Shown: positions 48,301 through 60,100 of the stretch, one piece after another | Numbering within the stretch: position 1 is the stretch's first letter | Layout: every line of letters begins with the position of its first letter | NCBI GenBank assembly: GCA_977018835.1 | Contig: OZ361257.1 | Span: 3,348,001-3,412,000, forward strand | Length of the DNA stretch: 64,000 nucleotides | Origin: Minutocellus sp. GHC0000111 | Lineage: Eukaryota | Reading direction: 5' to 3' | Program-made: the position numbers and the translations under genes | Notes under the pieces: generated by a model | The model's database searches: none | Told to the model about the DNA's origin: nothing | Seen by the model: only the letters and a program-made list of their open reading frames with translations

Positions 48301-49669
48301 CATTCATTTTTGGCGTTCAAACGGCGATTGGCTGTATGATGATATCGTCGGACATTCTGAATTGGCGGTATTTCAAGCGTTGGGGGCTCTTTTGCAATCT
48401 CCTCTCGGCCTTTACCTTCTATATAGAGCTGTCCAATGAAGTTGGCGGTACTTTGATCTGATTGCACATGCAGGGTCCCCTTTTCCGCTTCATGCCACTC
48501 GCACTTCGTGGCGGTAGAAAGCTCCTCTTTACTGCTAAGATTGAATACTATCGACGTTTCGAATCGATCTCAACGACAACGAGGGCATTGCGGCAATCCC
48601 AATGATAGTATGGAGAAGAGACAGAGGTCGGCGGAGCTACATTGGCCTTGCAACACGATGAAATCGTCTCGAGATTGTACTTTTGCTTGATATTTTTCAA
48701 ATGGTCTAGCCCGGACCACTTGAATTCTGCTGGCCGAACTCAACTCCTACTGCACGCATCGTACCAACCCAGGTACCATTGGACAGCCAAGATCCAGGAG
48801 AGGACGGTAATGTATTTTCGTCGGGCTTTTGAGCGGCTCTGGCCAGGTTGCGAGAGCTCAAAGTTTCCGGACCACTTTTTTCGGAAGGACGCCTTCTATA
48901 GAAATGCATTACTACGATAGGTATATATTGCCTCGATGATTAATCTAACTATAGAACTCGATCAAGCGATTAACGGCGGTTCCGGTGATATCTTTACTTT
49001 TATCCTAGGTCCATCCGAAGCCTTCCCGGTCGACCTCCAAAGGTGGGGGACCACCTCGTCAGTCCCGGATCCGGCTGAGCACCCCCGTCGAAAATACCAC
49101 AAAAACTCGTAGGATAGCAGAGCATCTCCCCGAGCGTATTCGTCGGCGGTCGTCTTGCCACTTAGGGGATAGAGCGGAGGACGGCTGATCTTGGTGGTGT
49201 CGGCACCGTGACTCAGGTAGGGGATGGACGATGCCGCCGCCAAGGTGGAGGCGGTGCAGGCCGGTAAGTTGGATAGGGAACCGGCCACGGCGCATAGGTG
49301 ATGATCGTCTTCGTCGTCGTCGGTAATACTAGAAGTAGCGTCGCGCATGTCGTAGAGGACCGATAAGAGGGCTTTGGCCGTCATGTCTTGCCGATCACCA
49401 TCGTCCTTTACAACCGATGCCATTTTAGTACTGGCATTATCATCCCACGGCAACGGAAAGTACACGGTGCATTTCTCTACAGCAAACTCGTCGTCGGCCA
49501 ACTGCGGGACGATGGTCGGATTGCGGTCATTAAAATCTTCCATCGCCATGAGGGCGCTGGCCATGTGCGTGACGGCTGTTTGAACGGACCGTTCCTTGGA
49601 CGGCTTGCCGCGGTCGGTGAAGGGCAGCAATATGCTGATGGGACAGGCCCCGTCGGGACCGAGGACCAT
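45328..49669 (-). pseudogene. Class C GPCR (Venus-flytrap domain plus 7TM, GABA-B-like) interrupted by an insertion; possible frameshift near 45480
   Basis: ANF-receptor-like motifs (ASALMAMEDFN, IPYLSHG) and a 7TM region (VRSAQPEFL, LFSKLQR, AWKTR..YSET). The frame is restored by removing 47564-49111. Confidence 0.9.
47564..49109. mobile_element. 1546-bp non-autonomous TIR element with TA target duplication (Tc1/mariner-type)
   Basis: 24-bp TIRs CGAGTTTT(G/T)GTGGTATTTTCGACG (1 mismatch), with TA at 47562-63 and 49110-11. Confidence 0.93.
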
Positions 49670-50143
49670 GGTTGCTTATATTGCGTTCGTCCGGTCAATC
49701 ACACAATTCGATTTGTGTGAACTCAACTTCTTGTCGACTTGTGTTCTTTACGACTACAATTGTACGTAGTTTCGCATGCTTATATGGTGGTAGTGCGCGC
49801 CCACAGAGCAACCAGATATTGCCCGCTGGTATATTAATGGAATTGGAAGGCTGAGGGCAATGAACAGAGAGGAACACTGGCGGTAGCAGCAAACACACAA
49901 AGTTGCTTTGGCGGTGCTTGGCGGGCGGGGGCTGGGATCGAGCTGGCACTTGACTGGAGCCTTGACTGCGTCGTTTTTATGTATGTCGCAGATGACTGAC
50001 TTTCTGACTTTCTGAGCTGTGGGCTCGGCGACGTGTCACTTTACTTCGCCGAGCCCGCCAAGCGATGCATGCATGGTGCCGGAAGAACGAATGAAGGCCA
50101 ACAATCAAGATACATATGTAGCAACAAGCAACACCAAAATGCC

Positions 50144-51551
50144 ATGCCTCCTCCTTTGTTATGTCTGCACTTCTATCTCCTCTTCTTCTCTCATCATGTA
50201 ATTCTTTCGTCGGCATTTGCATTCGACCCACCGCCACCGCCGAGCAATCAGCACGCTCATTCTGCGAGCAGCAACCGCCGCAACCTGGAAAGAAGAGAAT
50301 TGATCGGCCTCTGGCGTCTGACGGCGTTGACTGCATCGTCTCTGCCCAAATTGGAGGGGTCGGATTTGAGGCAGAATTGGATGTCAGGTGATAATGATGA
50401 TAAAATCGATGAATATACCAAGGGGATATTGCTAATGCTCAGGGACGACGGATCCTTCGTGCAGTACGGTGCTGTCAGCGACGACGATGTAGAAAGAAGG
50501 CAAAGCCAAAGTAGGAGCAAAGATGTCCGACGGTGGAAACGCTATGGTCGGAAAGAGAAAGATCTTCCAGTGTTGCAGGTATTTCAAGGAACGTGGAATT
50601 TTGACGGGAAGGAACTCATTCTGGCATCGGATCGACCTCAAGTAGAGGCTAATGAGAATGGCGGTGGTGACGGTCCACAGAATCAGAACCATCTACTCCA
50701 GGTTCACGACACCATGTTATCGGGAGAGGTTTCGGTAACACAAATCAATGAGGCACCAGCAGATGACTCTTTGCCCACCGACTTGTTTGGGGATGAAGAA
50801 AACGACTCAAATGTTCTTGCGCCGAAAGACGACATATTTCTGTCTGTCCAAAATGGCGTCATCGGCATCGGAAAATACATGTACCCAATGGATCACCCAT
50901 CCTTCTTTGAAAAGCCAAACGCACCGATATTTCAGCCACAGCAGATTGGGACATTTGAGCTACGTCAGATGGTGGGCGTGCTGAATGCATTCAATACCGA
51001 TCAATCGGAGGACGATGCGAAGGTATTGCCCAAATTTCAACCTGATGACTTCTACGGAAAGAAACTTTTGCTGACAAGTGAGCCAATCCAAATGAAGAGA
51101 GCCAAACCAAAGCTAAGGTGGAGCAAACGAGCTGGAGGGTACGTCAAGGAGGAGGACGCTGGAGCCAGCATAGTCGATCAGCAGCCGTTTGATCTTCGTG
51201 TAATGCCCATCGAATTCTTCAAAAACAATACCTTTCAGGCCGTTGGATCTGGAAAGATTTTGCGGGGCCGATTTGGATTGGAGGGTTAGGGTTAGGGAAA
51301 GAGGCAAGGCCAACAACGAGGGTGAGGATGAATCCGGCACTACTAGCACGTGTATTGATGAGGAGGATAAGAGTCCAGCTAGAGCAATTTTCGTGGAAGG
51401 GGCGATTACCGTCGGGAAAGACATGGGAACGGATACGAGGGCCATTCCTGTGGCGAGATTTACGATGAGAGAGGTTATAGGTTCTGAAAGAAACTCAAAT
51501 ATCGACGAGGACTATCGAGATGAGGATAACGTTGATACTATATTTGAGTAG
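50144..51551 (+). pseudogene. Paralog of 8900-10712 with signal/plastid-like presequence; internal deletion and frameshift near 51285
   Basis: Shared blocks LLMLRDDGSF(I/V)QYG, GTW.F..LILA.DRP, HDT.LSG, YP..HPSFFE.P, KILRG, PVARFTM. Confidence 0.8.
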
Positions 51552-52658
51552 CCAGTATGCCCATCGCTTGGTGGATTGGTGCTGTGCGTGGAGTTTAGAA
51601 AAGCGAGAAAAAAAGAGAAGTAGGCAATGTGGGCTGATAAGCGGAGCCACCGCATCAAAATTTCTGCTCTAATGTATTTCTCCGGGAGGCGAAAAGGCCG
51701 AGGCATCTAAATCGACAAGCAACAAAGTGTATGGGGAGTCTTTTGTAATACGCATGAGACGACTATTGCCACCGGCATGTGACTTTCCAAAGCTGTTTCC
51801 TTGGAGCAATGTCGAAGAGGATACATTCTCGCTCTCACAGGAATCAGTCTCGCAGGAATACACTTGACACGATCATGCCAGAGTCGACGATTCCCCCTGA
51901 AGAGGACACAATATCACAATGCTGAACTCTTAGGAATAAGCCTTAATCGATCGTTGCCAGCGGCAGCAATCGCTCAGAGCCATTTCTTTGAGTAGAAACA
52001 CTAAGTACCTTCAGCTGGAGCCGTTCCTGAATCTCGTTACGCCTCTCTACTGCGACTCAGTGCAGTATCTCAACAGGGAGGAGAGAACGCGACAATCTGA
52101 GAGCATTCCGAGAAGAAAATTACCAGTGGCATGTAAACTTTCGACGCCATTTCCTGGAGGCGACTGCACTTGTGTGTCTATGTATATCCGCGTGATTTAA
52201 CCTATACTCTGGGGGAGATGCAAGGGGGTTCAGAAAGACCTTGGGGGAAGCTAAAATGGCTCGAACCCTTGCAAGAGAGGCATGACGAAGAGAACGACGA
52301 CAATCTGGCGGGTGTTAAGAGAAGATTACTGCCAGCGGCATACATAATCTCTCGAAACCATTGAAACCATTGCCTTGAAAGTCGACAAGCCTCCGTCTTT
52401 CTAGTATCTCAAGTCTCTAAGGTGTGCTTTAAGGGGGGGGGCTCAAAGTGCAAGATAGATGTGACTGCAAGGCGACGCCAAGCCAATCAAGTTCGACATT
52501 AAAAATGAGACCATTTCCAGGAAAGGTGCGTCGGTACGCGTCCGATGACGTAGAAAGCAAGACTTCACAGAACAAACTACAGTCGAACATTTGGCCGTTG
52601 CATTGTACGATACAGGTTACAGATTGCTAGTAAATACCAATAGCTATAAATTTACAAA

Positions 52659-54448
52659 ATGAATGGCTTCCGTTCTCGCGGCGTAGGAGGAGGTTTCCTT
52701 GGGGGTCTATTCTCTGGAGGCGGAGGCGCCCACGATGACGCACAGCAGCTGAATCAAGATGCAGTGGTAAACAATCGTCGTTACGTCCTCTCAGATAGCA
52801 ATGCTGAACGTCTTGGGCCCAATGGTGACGGACGGAGAGAGGAGGAGGAACCACGTGATATCTCTGAGATCGATTCGCAAGCCGCCACCTCGACCTCGTA
52901 TCAGGGTGCTTCATTGTCCGAGATTGACTCAAGAGCATCGACAGAAACGACAGCACAGTCCACGGACGCATCATCATCAGAGGAGGCAACGGCCAACTCT
53001 TTCGTATCTGGACTGGGCTGCCTCACGAGCTCGAGTGGGGGGAGTGACCAAGGTTATGGTTATGACCTTGACGACGACGACGACGATGACAGCAACGGAC
53101 CACCCCCCGTCTCTCCTGCCGGAGCTTCTTTGGTGCAAGGTCAGGTCAATGGTGTTGGTTTTGGTCTTTCCCCCATCGCAAACGTAAATGCAACCCACGT
53201 CCACAACGCGTCGATGGCAAGCCCGGGCATTGGTGGGAGTGTAGAGGATAATGTCCCATCTCTTTCCAACGAACCTTCACCAGATATGAGAGTTCCCTCA
53301 AATACTGCAAATGATACCGTCAGTACTAGCCAGCTGCAGGACCTGTTGGAAGAGAACGCCCTTGCTACCAACGAAGGCAATTTCCCACTCCCAGACGAGG
53401 AAGGACGGGAGGAGGAAAGCGCGAGTACCGCTGATATTGACTCATCTACTTGGGAGCCGACAGAGTCAGCGCTCGCCATGGCGTCGGATGCCCCGTGGTC
53501 AGAAGGTCAAAGGTTCAATCGAGGCATGCCAATTTTTGCCATCAGGCTTGTTCTTTCAAAGCCCTGCTACGAAAGGGCTTCAAGGGAATCGATGCCTGTC
53601 TTGTGCATGTGCAGACAAGGCCCAATGGGCGTTTCATCCGTTACTCGAGGCGCGAAAGGGATTGCGGCAGCTTCGTAGTCGATCTGCTACGTAAAATTGG
53701 GCAGCATAGTCTGCTAACGGCTGCCGCAAAGTCTGCGTACCTCGGTGAAGCAAGGAGTCAAGAGATCCCGGGTGGAGCCAAAGATGTCGATAGTAGCAAT
53801 TTCATTGCCAATCCTCGAGATATAATAGTTGATGACGACGGCGTTCGAATCGCTCGTCGCGCATTCTGCTTTGCTGACTCCATTTTCAATGTGATCTTAA
53901 TCAATCACCGCGACCTTGCACCTTCTCCGTTAAACGGAGCAAGTGACATTGGTGTATTCCTCCGAGTACGTTGTTGTGATGAGTATGGAAAGATGATTTC
54001 GTCCTTTGACGAAATGATGAACACTATCAATAATTCGAATGAGTTCCCTTTCAACTTGGCGCGTTGTACCAACAGACGACTTCCAGGCATCGACGACGGC
54101 AACCTTGAGCACAAAATGGAGCACCTGCTCGCCTTATCTAAAAAGGAACCCGCACGAATGTTCGTCCTTCAGTGCGTTTCCAAAGTCGATGGCTCGACGA
54201 GTCATTACGTCGGCTTGAGCAATGGCACCGTCTACGACAATTGCGCGTCGACGGGTGGGAAGTTTGCTGCAAATGAGTATGCCAAGGAACACATTTCGGG
54301 AGTAAGAAAGGCTGCAGAGATAATTCTCCGTCCTCGTTCTAATAAGAACAAAAGGAAAAAGAAGAAGTGCAACAACCAGAAGCGAGGACTTACCCCGGAG
54401 CAGGGCGAGAACGAAAGCGTCCAAAAGAAGAAGGCTCGACAAATCTGA
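52659..54448 (+). CDS. Hypothetical protein in two overlapping frames (shift near 53530): acidic low-complexity N-part and possible papain-fold C-part
   Basis: Two long overlapping ORFs; AFCFADSIFNV and HYVGLSNGTVYD. Confidence 0.5.
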
Positions 54449-54827
54449 TCCTTGGACCCACCTGACTGAGTATGCCTAGACACAGAGATCTCCAAAGACT
54501 CTGGTATCAATCGTCTCTATCACCATGACACTTCCCTTTTCCATTCCCCGCACGATTTCTCCAAATTCGGCATCAGATCACCCCCGTGTATCTGTAACCC
54601 TCCATTTTCCTTTATCATCCTTTCTCTGCTAACCTTTCCTGTTATCCTTTGATCATAGCCAAATAGAATAAGAAAATAGATCGAATACTGTGGCGATACT
54701 CCCGCTCGTTCCCTTCCTAGGGACAGCGGACCCGTCACAGGGCCAAGGCCAATATCCGTGCGAGCGGTCTTCTAATGTAGAATGCCTGATCTCGTATTGT
54801 GGCGACACCACCAGAGTGTGCAGTCGC

Positions 54828-57800
54828 CTACCCAGCACTCATCGAATCCATCCCATCCATTACAACGCGGCTACTCCCGCCATCTTTGACCACCTCGTCG
54901 ATAGAATCAAAGCTCTCCTCCAGCTCCTCGGCTGCAAGATCCTGCAGAATGAGTATAATTGTTGAGAGATTGGACTTTGCAATATCCCCACTGATACCTT
55001 CACGCTCGTCTCTACCCTTTTGTAATAGACCACGCAATATCTTTCCCACTTGGGCACGTCCCGTAGCATCCAAGTGTGTCAGCGGCTCGTCCAAAACCAT
55101 GAGCGAGGACTGTATGTTTTTCTGCTGGGCAACCAAGTCAGTAAACCCCATACTTAGCGCCAGAGAACATCGTCGCCACTGACCACCGCTGAGCGAGGAT
55201 AGAGGCCGATCGACCCAGTTGCCATCGGGTGAGCGAATGTGTGCAGTTCGCGATATTCTATCTCCTGATTCCAATGCCAATTCCAGACGGAGAGTATCGT
55301 CGCTCAGTAGATCCAAATAGTTTTGTGACAGCGAGCTGAGGGACTCCACTGCGTTCTGTAAAACAAATGATTGGATGCCTCGAGGACCAAAGATATCAGT
55401 CAGCTTGCTTAATATTCGAGAGGAATCCTCGGCATCAGATTTTTCATTGCTGAGGTCTTGGAGGGCCTTGTCCATCGAAGAAAGTTCGGCCTCCAGCTCT
55501 TGGTGGGCCGCTTTCGAAGTATCGGCATCACTCATCAGCCGTTCAAGTTCGGCATTGGCGCTATTCTCCGCTGTTTCGAATGCGGCTGCTTGTCGGTAGG
55601 ACTCTTCTGCCATCTGTAGCTGGGCCGACCAATTGGACTGAGCGTCGCGGGCAATCACCAAGGCTTGCTGAGCCTTTTCCAAGTGGTCATCCCACGACTT
55701 TGCTTCACCAATGATTTTCCCCTTGAGCTCGTCAATGTTTTGCTCGGAATCCACCTGCTTTTGCGCAAATGCTTCATATGCATCGCGCGATGAAATATAC
55801 ATGGCCTCGGCATCTTCAACGCGCTTGGTTGCCTCATCAAAATCTGAACGGATCGACATTGATAGATCACTATGAGAATGGTCTGCCCCACCATCATCCT
55901 CGATTGATTGTCCGCAAGTTGGACATATTAGTGGTACGGAAAGCCCCTCGAGATCAGTATCCTCTATTCCCCACATGGATCGAAGCTCTTGCAACTTCTC
56001 TCTTGCTCGTTCGAGAATACTTTCACAACGATCGGCGCTACGCCTACTGCTCTGCGTATCCTTTGCTATTGATTTGTCTGCCGTAAGTAAGTGATCGAGC
56101 TCGGACTGCAATATTTTCAGGCTGGCGTCCCTGTCCTTTTGCAGTTCAGACAATCTCTCTTCAGATGTTTTCACCCGCAGAGCCGCATCGTCGAGACCTT
56201 GTTTGCATTCTTCGATTCTGGTCTCATTTGTAGAAGCACCTTCCAAAGATTCCTGCATCTTTCGTAGTTGTTCTTCCACCTGATGCTTTCGAGTCTCATA
56301 GAGATGGGCATACCCATCGGAGGAATCCTTTGCAGTTCGACACTTGTCAGCTAGTACCGACCGGTCTTGTTCTCGCACAGACACCATGCCAGCAAGCTCA
56401 GCCATGCGTTGGCTGTGAGATCGCTGACTCCGACGAGCGAAGGATGCTGCCTGTTGCCAGATCGCCAACGGCATGAGGAGCGATAATTCGTCCTTGAGAG
56501 CGGCATCGGTAGCTTCTAAAAGACCATTGATTGCGTGCTGACCATGGAAGATGGTTCTAGCCAAGATTTGGGTTGATAGTCCAAGCTCTTCGTCAATCAT
56601 GGCCTGCGTATCTTTCATCGATTGGCGCGTTAGGTCCTTTCCATCAAGGACAAAGGAGAGAGATCCCTTGTACGCTGACTTGACGCGCGTGACCTCGAAA
56701 GGGACATCGTCGACCTTGCCAGCGACCGTCCCTCTCGCTGACTTTGATTGGAAATTGATCACATCGGATACTTTGGCGTCCTGCATCGGCCTTGGATCCG
56801 ACGAACCCGTCAGAGCCCAAAGGACCGACATTGCCAGTGTCGTTTTGCCGCTTCCGTTACTGTCGGAGCCTTCATCTTGATTATTTCCCCGAAGCAGAAC
56901 GAGACCTCGTTCAGAGAGAGGATAACATATTTCGTCGACAAATGGGCCAAATCCCTTTGCTGCAACAGAAACGAACTCCAAGCTTGCGCCATTGGCATGG
57001 AGGTTACCGTTGCCAGCCTTTCCACTGCCTTCCAATTCGCCCCCAATGCTCTCGACAAGAGATATCCCCGCTTGGAGCAAATCGGCGGCGGATTCTCTGT
57101 CGACAGTTTCTCGCAACTGTTCTTGAGCAAGATAGGCCTTGAGCGTATTTTCAGGAGTCATTTCTTCATGGTTCAAGGCGTCTGTCCCTGTTGCCTCCAG
57201 CGGAATGGGTGCCACGGCTTGTCTCATCTCTCGAATCTCAACGCTTGCCCCAAGCTTTCGCAAAGACTTGACTTTTGAATCAAACAGCGAAACGCCGTCA
57301 CTTTCGTCACCAGACTCCGCTCTTTTCGCCTTCTCCAATTCCACGCTAGTGACAGACAAGACAATGCGATCTTTTGGTTCAATATCCTCCAGCTGCAACA
57401 AGTTCTTAACCGAAAACAAGCGGTGGTATTTTCGTCCAATTGCAAGAGGTATTGACTCAACAACGTTCCAGCCTTGTAACGAATCCACAACCAAGAGCTC
57501 CTTTTCCTGACCAGCTTCCGATAGAGAAGTTTGATAGGGAGATCCGACGTAACGGACGGCAACACCGGGCGCAGCCTTTGGAGCCGTCACGGTGTGAGCT
57601 TTGTGAAAATGTCCGGAATAGATTGGTTTCGTCCCGTCTCCCTCGTTGCCGGGAGACGGGAAGATTGACAACGGCGACCCACTCCGCGAAACAATGAGAT
57701 CGTTCATGTAGGCCCCGTTTACATCGACGTGAACAAAGTGCGCGGAGGCTGCTTCCGATGGCGATGACTGCAAGGCATACTCCAAGATGCGTGGATTGCG

Positions 57801-59219
57801 AATATAAGGAACAAAAAAGGCATCTTTGAACTTGGTCGGATGAGTGATAATCATAGGGCCTGGTTGCATCCTACGTTTTTGGGCATCGCTTTCTCCAAAT
57901 GAGTCACTGGCATCCTCCACATAGAACGCATTTCGCAGAGGGGTAAGCCCATGCTCCAGTCCACCTAGCGTAACCTGATCATGATTGCCTGGGATCATAA
58001 TCAGAGGTACGTCCCAAACACTCAACGATCGCAGGACGGCATTAAGCAGATCGATTCTCACGGTACCACGATGATGCCAAAAATCGCCCAAGAATATAAC
58101 ACCGGCATTTCGCTCGGCGGCCTCGCTGTGAACCTTGTCTAGTACCTCCAAGCAAGTGGACAGAGAAGACGGCGAGCAATGCAAATCGGAAAAGAGAACC
58201 CATTGATCGCATTGGGAATGGTGCATGGCCTGTTCGAGATCGGTATCGAGAATGTCTGGCGACGATGAGTGCGCGTATTTTTCATTGGCATGCTCTGTTT
58301 TCATCATCTCGTCCAAGTTAATAATTGTGGGCGAATCCAAAGGCGCTTCATCTTGCAAATTTGATCGAGTAGGTGATGCTTCTGATGCATCGGTGGCGAC
58401 AATTGGTTGGCCCTCCAATGTCCCATTGCCCGTAACCAAAGTAAGCTGACTTCGTCTCTTCTTGACAATTATTGAAGAATCATCCGCTACTACGCCCCCT
58501 TCACTATTTTGGCTGAAGAGTTTTATAGTGAACCAACCCGAGCCACGAGATTCGGCAATCACACCCGTCTGCAAGACTCCGTCATGAACCAGCTCGACTG
58601 TATCTCCCACGTCCAATATGTGATTTGCCCCATGGCCATTGTTGGCATGTAATGTCGTCAACGTGTGCAATCTGCGAGTCCCAACATTTGTAGTTTTGAG
58701 ATGGTTTTCCAGGCCAATGCCGATGCCCTTTGCTTGATATTCCTGCTTGCAATTTGGTTTTGTTTGTCCACTCAAGATCGATGAAGATGCAGGAACATTT
58801 TGCTTGTGCCGTTGGTAGTTGACATGAACAAATGCCGACGAAGCACGAGATGTGCCGGCGGAACGGATCATAAAGCGAGATGGAAAGCCTGACGCTGATA
58901 CACGCGCTGAACTCGAGCTCAGTGCAATCATTGCGAGAGTGAAAGCAAATGGCAAATGGGACAAGGGTATAGTCTCGAGCGAAGCTCGTCGTCTTTCAAC
59001 AGCTTTGCCAGCAACGCTCTCATGCCTCGACCGGCGGCGTTTGTGCTGGAAGCGAAGGGCTGTCGCCGGTGGCCGCTGATATTTTGCAGTTGATAGATTT
59101 ACAACTGTGCCGTTGAATGGCAAACTAACACGAGGGTGCTGATGCGTCTCTGGGGCTATCATCTCCCGGTGCTTTGGCAGTCGAGCATCAAACGGTAGAG
59201 CATCGTCATCAATCAACAA
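54828..59219 (-). CDS. SbcD-SbcC (Mre11-Rad50-like) nuclease-ATPase fusion; start uncertain
   Basis: Phosphoesterase motifs FSDLH, LGDFWH, PGNHD, SGHFH, YVGSP, followed by NGSGKTT, coiled coil, CPTCGQ hook, LSGGQ and VLDEP, all in one ORF. Confidence 0.93.
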   Translation of the reverse strand: MLIDDDALPFDARLPKHREMIAPETHQHPRVSLPFNGTVVNLSTAKYQRPPATALRFQHKRRRSRHESVAGKAVERRRASLETIPLSHLPFAFTLAMIALSSSSARVSASGFPSRFMIRSAGTSRASSAFVHVNYQRHKQNVPASSSILSGQTKPNCKQEYQAKGIGIGLENHLKTTNVGTRRLHTLTTLHANNGHGANHILDVGDTVELVHDGVLQTGVIAESRGSGWFTIKLFSQNSEGGVVADDSSIIVKKRRSQLTLVTGNGTLEGQPIVATDASEASPTRSNLQDEAPLDSPTIINLDEMMKTEHANEKYAHSSSPDILDTDLEQAMHHSQCDQWVLFSDLHCSPSSLSTCLEVLDKVHSEAAERNAGVIFLGDFWHHRGTVRIDLLNAVLRSLSVWDVPLIMIPGNHDQVTLGGLEHGLTPLRNAFYVEDASDSFGESDAQKRRMQPGPMIITHPTKFKDAFFVPYIRNPRILEYALQSSPSEAASAHFVHVDVNGAYMNDLIVSRSGSPLSIFPSPGNEGDGTKPIYSGHFHKAHTVTAPKAAPGVAVRYVGSPYQTSLSEAGQEKELLVVDSLQGWNVVESIPLAIGRKYHRLFSVKNLLQLEDIEPKDRIVLSVTSVELEKAKRAESGDESDGVSLFDSKVKSLRKLGASVEIREMRQAVAPIPLEATGTDALNHEEMTPENTLKAYLAQEQLRETVDRESAADLLQAGISLVESIGGELEGSGKAGNGNLHANGASLEFVSVAAKGFGPFVDEICYPLSERGLVLLRGNNQDEGSDSNGSGKTTLAMSVLWALTGSSDPRPMQDAKVSDVINFQSKSARGTVAGKVDDVPFEVTRVKSAYKGSLSFVLDGKDLTRQSMKDTQAMIDEELGLSTQILARTIFHGQHAINGLLEATDAALKDELSLLMPLAIWQQAASFARRSQRSHSQRMAELAGMVSVREQDRSVLADKCRTAKDSSDGYAHLYETRKHQVEEQLRKMQESLEGASTNETRIEECKQGLDDAALRVKTSEERLSELQKDRDASLKILQSELDHLLTADKSIAKDTQSSRRSADRCESILERAREKLQELRSMWGIEDTDLEGLSVPLICPTCGQSIEDDGGADHSHSDLSMSIRSDFDEATKRVEDAEAMYISSRDAYEAFAQKQVDSEQNIDELKGKIIGEAKSWDDHLEKAQQALVIARDAQSNWSAQLQMAEESYRQAAAFETAENSANAELERLMSDADTSKAAHQELEAELSSMDKALQDLSNEKSDAEDSSRILSKLTDIFGPRGIQSFVLQNAVESLSSLSQNYLDLLSDDTLRLELALESGDRISRTAHIRSPDGNWVDRPLSSLSGGQWRRCSLALSMGFTDLVAQQKNIQSSLMVLDEPLTHLDATGRAQVGKILRGLLQKGRDEREGISGDIAKSNLSTIILILQDLAAEELEESFDSIDEVVKDGGSSRVVMDGMDSMSAG

Positions 59220-59599
59220 GTGGGGGCAGTCAGTCGTATCTTGCCCTGCCTTCCTCCATGAAGACGGACGGTCGACGGACAGATCTTTACACTCTCTAAA
59301 GTATCATTTATTTACAAGGAACATAGAAAAAATGATCATGAAGAGTGATAAAAAGGATCGAAAAGACCGTCTGCCTGCCAACTCTGCTCAAGTCATTTTG
59401 AGACAGCCAAGTCCGAAGCTTGCTCCAGCAGGACACGTATCTTTGAGGGCCGTGGTCCCTTTACGGTGAGTGCATTTGGTGGTCGTGTCCGTTCATCATC
59501 TTATCATTATCATCACCATCTTATCACGGCGTTTGTCCTTGGTCTAATACCATCCTTCATTGTTTTTCTTTCCTCGCCATGCAGCTCTTCCTTCCCACA

Positions 59600-59905
59600 A
59601 ATCAAGCGTTTGAAGATCTCCTCGAGGCACTTCATCGGTACATTTCTCTTGGCATTCGGCGAGAGTAACGTCCTCGTCCTTGTCGAAGTCACCCTTGCCA
59701 CCGTCGACGCGGCATGATCGGTCATATCGGCCTACATATTTTTCGCCGTCGACGGTGAGGGCATACAAGTCATCGTAATCATCTTCTTCATCCGTAGAAA
59801 CCTTGACGCGTTCACCCTGCGCAGTCTCGAATCGACCGCCGTCTTGAAGCTCATCGTAGGAAAAGTCGCCGACAAGGACGTGGTACTTTAGGACCTCTTC
59901 CAGCA
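59600..59905 (-). pseudogene. Fasciclin (FAS1)-like gene fragment followed by a PAN-like Cys motif
   Basis: LEEVLKYHVLVGDFSYDELQDG..ETAQGERVKV, then SCR..TLAECQEKC. No start. Confidence 0.65.
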
Positions 59906-60100
59906 GGATAACAAGTGCCAGGAGGGACACGTCCTCAGTCCCTGCCACAAAAAGTGCCGGTACAAGTGCTGCGATCCCGATTCCAAGTACGAAAGTACCA
60001 AAAAGGGTACCAACGCCGGTGATTTGTGCAATACCAGCGAAGAAAAACTCTGCAGAGTCAAGTGCTTTGAGAAGAAGGGTTGTGGTGAGAACGATCGTCG
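59901..60100 (+). pseudogene. Fragment of the 8-Cys repeat family seen at 126-2394
   Basis: KC..PCHKKCRYKCC..DLCNTSEEKLCRVKCFEKKGCGEND matches the repeat spacing. Confidence 0.8.

Noticed and set aside
51668..54779. 9-bp direct repeat TCTAATGTA as a MULE target duplication
   Set aside because: No TIRs inside it, and a 9-mer match of this kind is plausible by chance.
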